This document shows positions 32,901 to 34,933 of a DNA stretch of 34,933 bases, in pieces (positions within the stretch are counted from its first letter, which is position 1; each line of letters begins with the position of its first letter). Position numbers and translations under genes: made by a program. The stretch lies in assembly GCA_032718475.1 (NCBI GenBank), contig JAUCBJ010000257.1:1-34933 (forward strand), in the 5' to 3' direction. This DNA is from Nemertoderma westbladi (Eukaryota > Animalia > Xenacoelomorpha). The notes below the pieces were generated by a model that worked only from the letters and a program-made list of their open reading frames with translations, was not told where the DNA came from and did not search any database.

Positions 32901-34927
32901 CCATTGCTGGCGAGAATAGATTTCTTATTGTGAAATTCTGTAAGCCCATCACATTGTATACTTTTGGTCAAAGGTTTAATGTTGTAAATATATGCAACTA
33001 TGTTACAAACACTCACCCAAGTAGTTTTACGTGTGACTTTAAAATTATTAACAATTTATTTTTTGCGAAAAGTATTATGAGTTGTAAGGATGGAAAATAT
33101 TTATATGAAGCTGTTGGAAATTATCGTAAGCTTCGATTTACATGTAGTTAATAATATTGTAGGACTTTATTGAAAAAGTAACAAGTTAAAATGCGTGCGG
33201 GGGGCGCGAGCGAAGCGAGCGAAAAATTTTTGCACTTTTTTTTTACGTAAATTTCTAAAATTCTAGAACCACCGAACCTACCAACCCATTTATATAGTCC
33301 CCCCCCCCATCCCCCCCAAGGGGGGGCAGTAACCCAGGGGTTTTAGTTTTGGGGGCTCCGGTCGCTCCGCTCCCTCCGCCAACTGACTGTATATTAGATT
33401 AAGCTTCGTTCCTGGTCCAAACTAAATTTTAACCCAAAAAAATTTTAAAATTCATTTTAGTGACTCGAATTTCATCCCCTTGTAGGTAATTAATGATTCT
33501 GAGCACTTTTCGTCTGGAGACTTTTTCATAAAAATCAATTCTTCATGGTGAAAATTGAGATTTAAAATTTTTCGTTTTCGACGATGGCACTTTTCGATCG
33601 ACGCGAGGTACATTTGAAAAATTTTCATATCTCTGCAACCGCTGGGTCTTTTTCAGAAATTTAAAAACTGGCGTGTAGCCCGTCGCGAATCATTAAGATT
33701 CCAATGTTTAAATCACTCCAATCGTGTACAGCTAGGCCTAGGTACCGGTACAAAGACCCGTTTTGGCATACCCACGTTTCGAAGGCTATATCTCGAAAAA
33801 TATCGACGCTACGAAAAATCCAAATACATGGTTGGAAGCGCATTGAAGAGGCGAATATTATTGCCGTTGAAAGTTTTTTCATAGCCCTTACGGTTCTCGA
33901 CTTATTCAGCAATGATCTTTGAAGATCCGGTTTTTTTTTAGTAAAGTCTGATTTCCGGAGCAGCTGTCATCCGGAACGTGGAACGCGATGCGTGGTTGGA
34001 TGCGCGCGACCTTTCTAAACATTCATTTAATTTAAAAAAAATTACCGACCGAGTCATCATAGGGTGATCTTTAAAGATCGTACGTCAGACTTTGGATCTT
34101 TGTATCTCCGGTACGGGTAGGCCTATCGAGTTGAAATTTCTTTTAATCAACTCGCAACAGTCCAGTCAACAATTTCTATTAAGAAAATTAAGTCCCAAAT
34201 AGCTTTAAAGTTAAAGATCATTTACGATCTTTTCGACGATCGCGATCTTGGTCAAGAATTAATTTTGAGAAATTGGGCTTCCGGCTACCCCACACAATTC
34301 GGGGACGAGAAAGACGATGGGCTAGACCATTTTCAGATGTGGAAACTCCTTCTCTGTCCGATTCGCGATCAAACACGATCTTCATGATCTTTTACTGATC
34401 GCGGACAAAATATTTGTCGGCGTATACCCAAAAAGACTTTTTGGGGGGTTTGGACCTTGCTCTTTCGAACTGCGTTGGCCCCTTGTTGGGGGGAGAGCCC
34501 GTTCTCTCAAACAAATGCTTTAAAAATTTCTACTCGGAAAAATGGGAAAAAACGGGTCAAAATGGACCCAGCGGGTTACCCGTCGTCCGGATCGCTCTAA
34601 AAAAAAACCTTTGGACTTTTCAGTCGATTCTGGGGGGGGGTCTAGGAACATCTTATTGGTGGTTCTTGCTTACTTTCTGACGTAGCTTTCATCTCTGAAA
34701 ATTCTGTATCCCTAAAGAGCTAACGCAAAACTAGGGTGGCCGTCTTCGACTTTGTCTTCGTCTTTGTGGCCGTTTTTGTCTTAGTAGTGCTGCGCACGCC
34801 GCGACACTCCGTTTTGTGGGCCGAAACATCCAGGGAAAAAACTAGGGCACTCTTTATAGCCGAGTGGGGCACTTATAAGTCACAGACGTATGGCGTACAG
34901 CAGTAGGACCCCACCGGGGGGTATACT
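26945..34927. repeat. Head-to-tail array of a ~2.12-kb non-coding unit (about 3.75 copies), probably a non-autonomous mobile element
   Basis: The landmark cagtaacccagggg occurs at 26952, 29067, 31196 and 33327 (periods 2115, 2129, 2131). The landmark gggggtatact ends at 28555, 30665, 32796 and 34927. Copies differ by a few percent and share no long conserved ORF. Confidence 0.93.
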
Positions 34928-34933
34928 TATATA

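Overview
This window looks like repeat-dense animal (probably marine invertebrate) genomic DNA, not prokaryotic DNA, and I see no intact recognisable gene. Layout from left to right: (1) 1-321, the 3' end of an unknown ORF with a CxxC-x16-CxxH motif, followed by a G-rich tract. (2) About 640-15808, a degenerate (TCTG)n field and a near-identical triplication of a ~5-kb unit. Each unit carries two spliced minus-strand Ser/Pro-rich exons and a 21-bp minisatellite, and the block ends at a possible CACTA-like terminus. (3) 16892-17501, a MITE with 11-12 bp terminal inverted repeats (TIRs). (4) 19240-20691, a doubly truncated, frameshifted RTE-like LINE fragment lying between diverged monomers and the main body of a satellite. 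(5) About 20700-26945, a ~56-copy, 110-bp satellite with emerging higher-order structure. (6) 26945-34927, a head-to-tail array of a ~2.12-kb non-coding element. The most interesting signal links (5) and (6). Each complete 2.1-kb unit holds one relative of the 110-bp monomer, so the satellite looks like an expansion from inside this element family. Its conserved core CGCGAGCGAAGCGAGCG can fold into a strand-specific GAA-triloop hairpin with tandem G.A pairs, and a compensatorily changed version lies on the opposite strand. The unit also shows a cryptic ~151-bp period with 10-bp-spaced GATC pairs.
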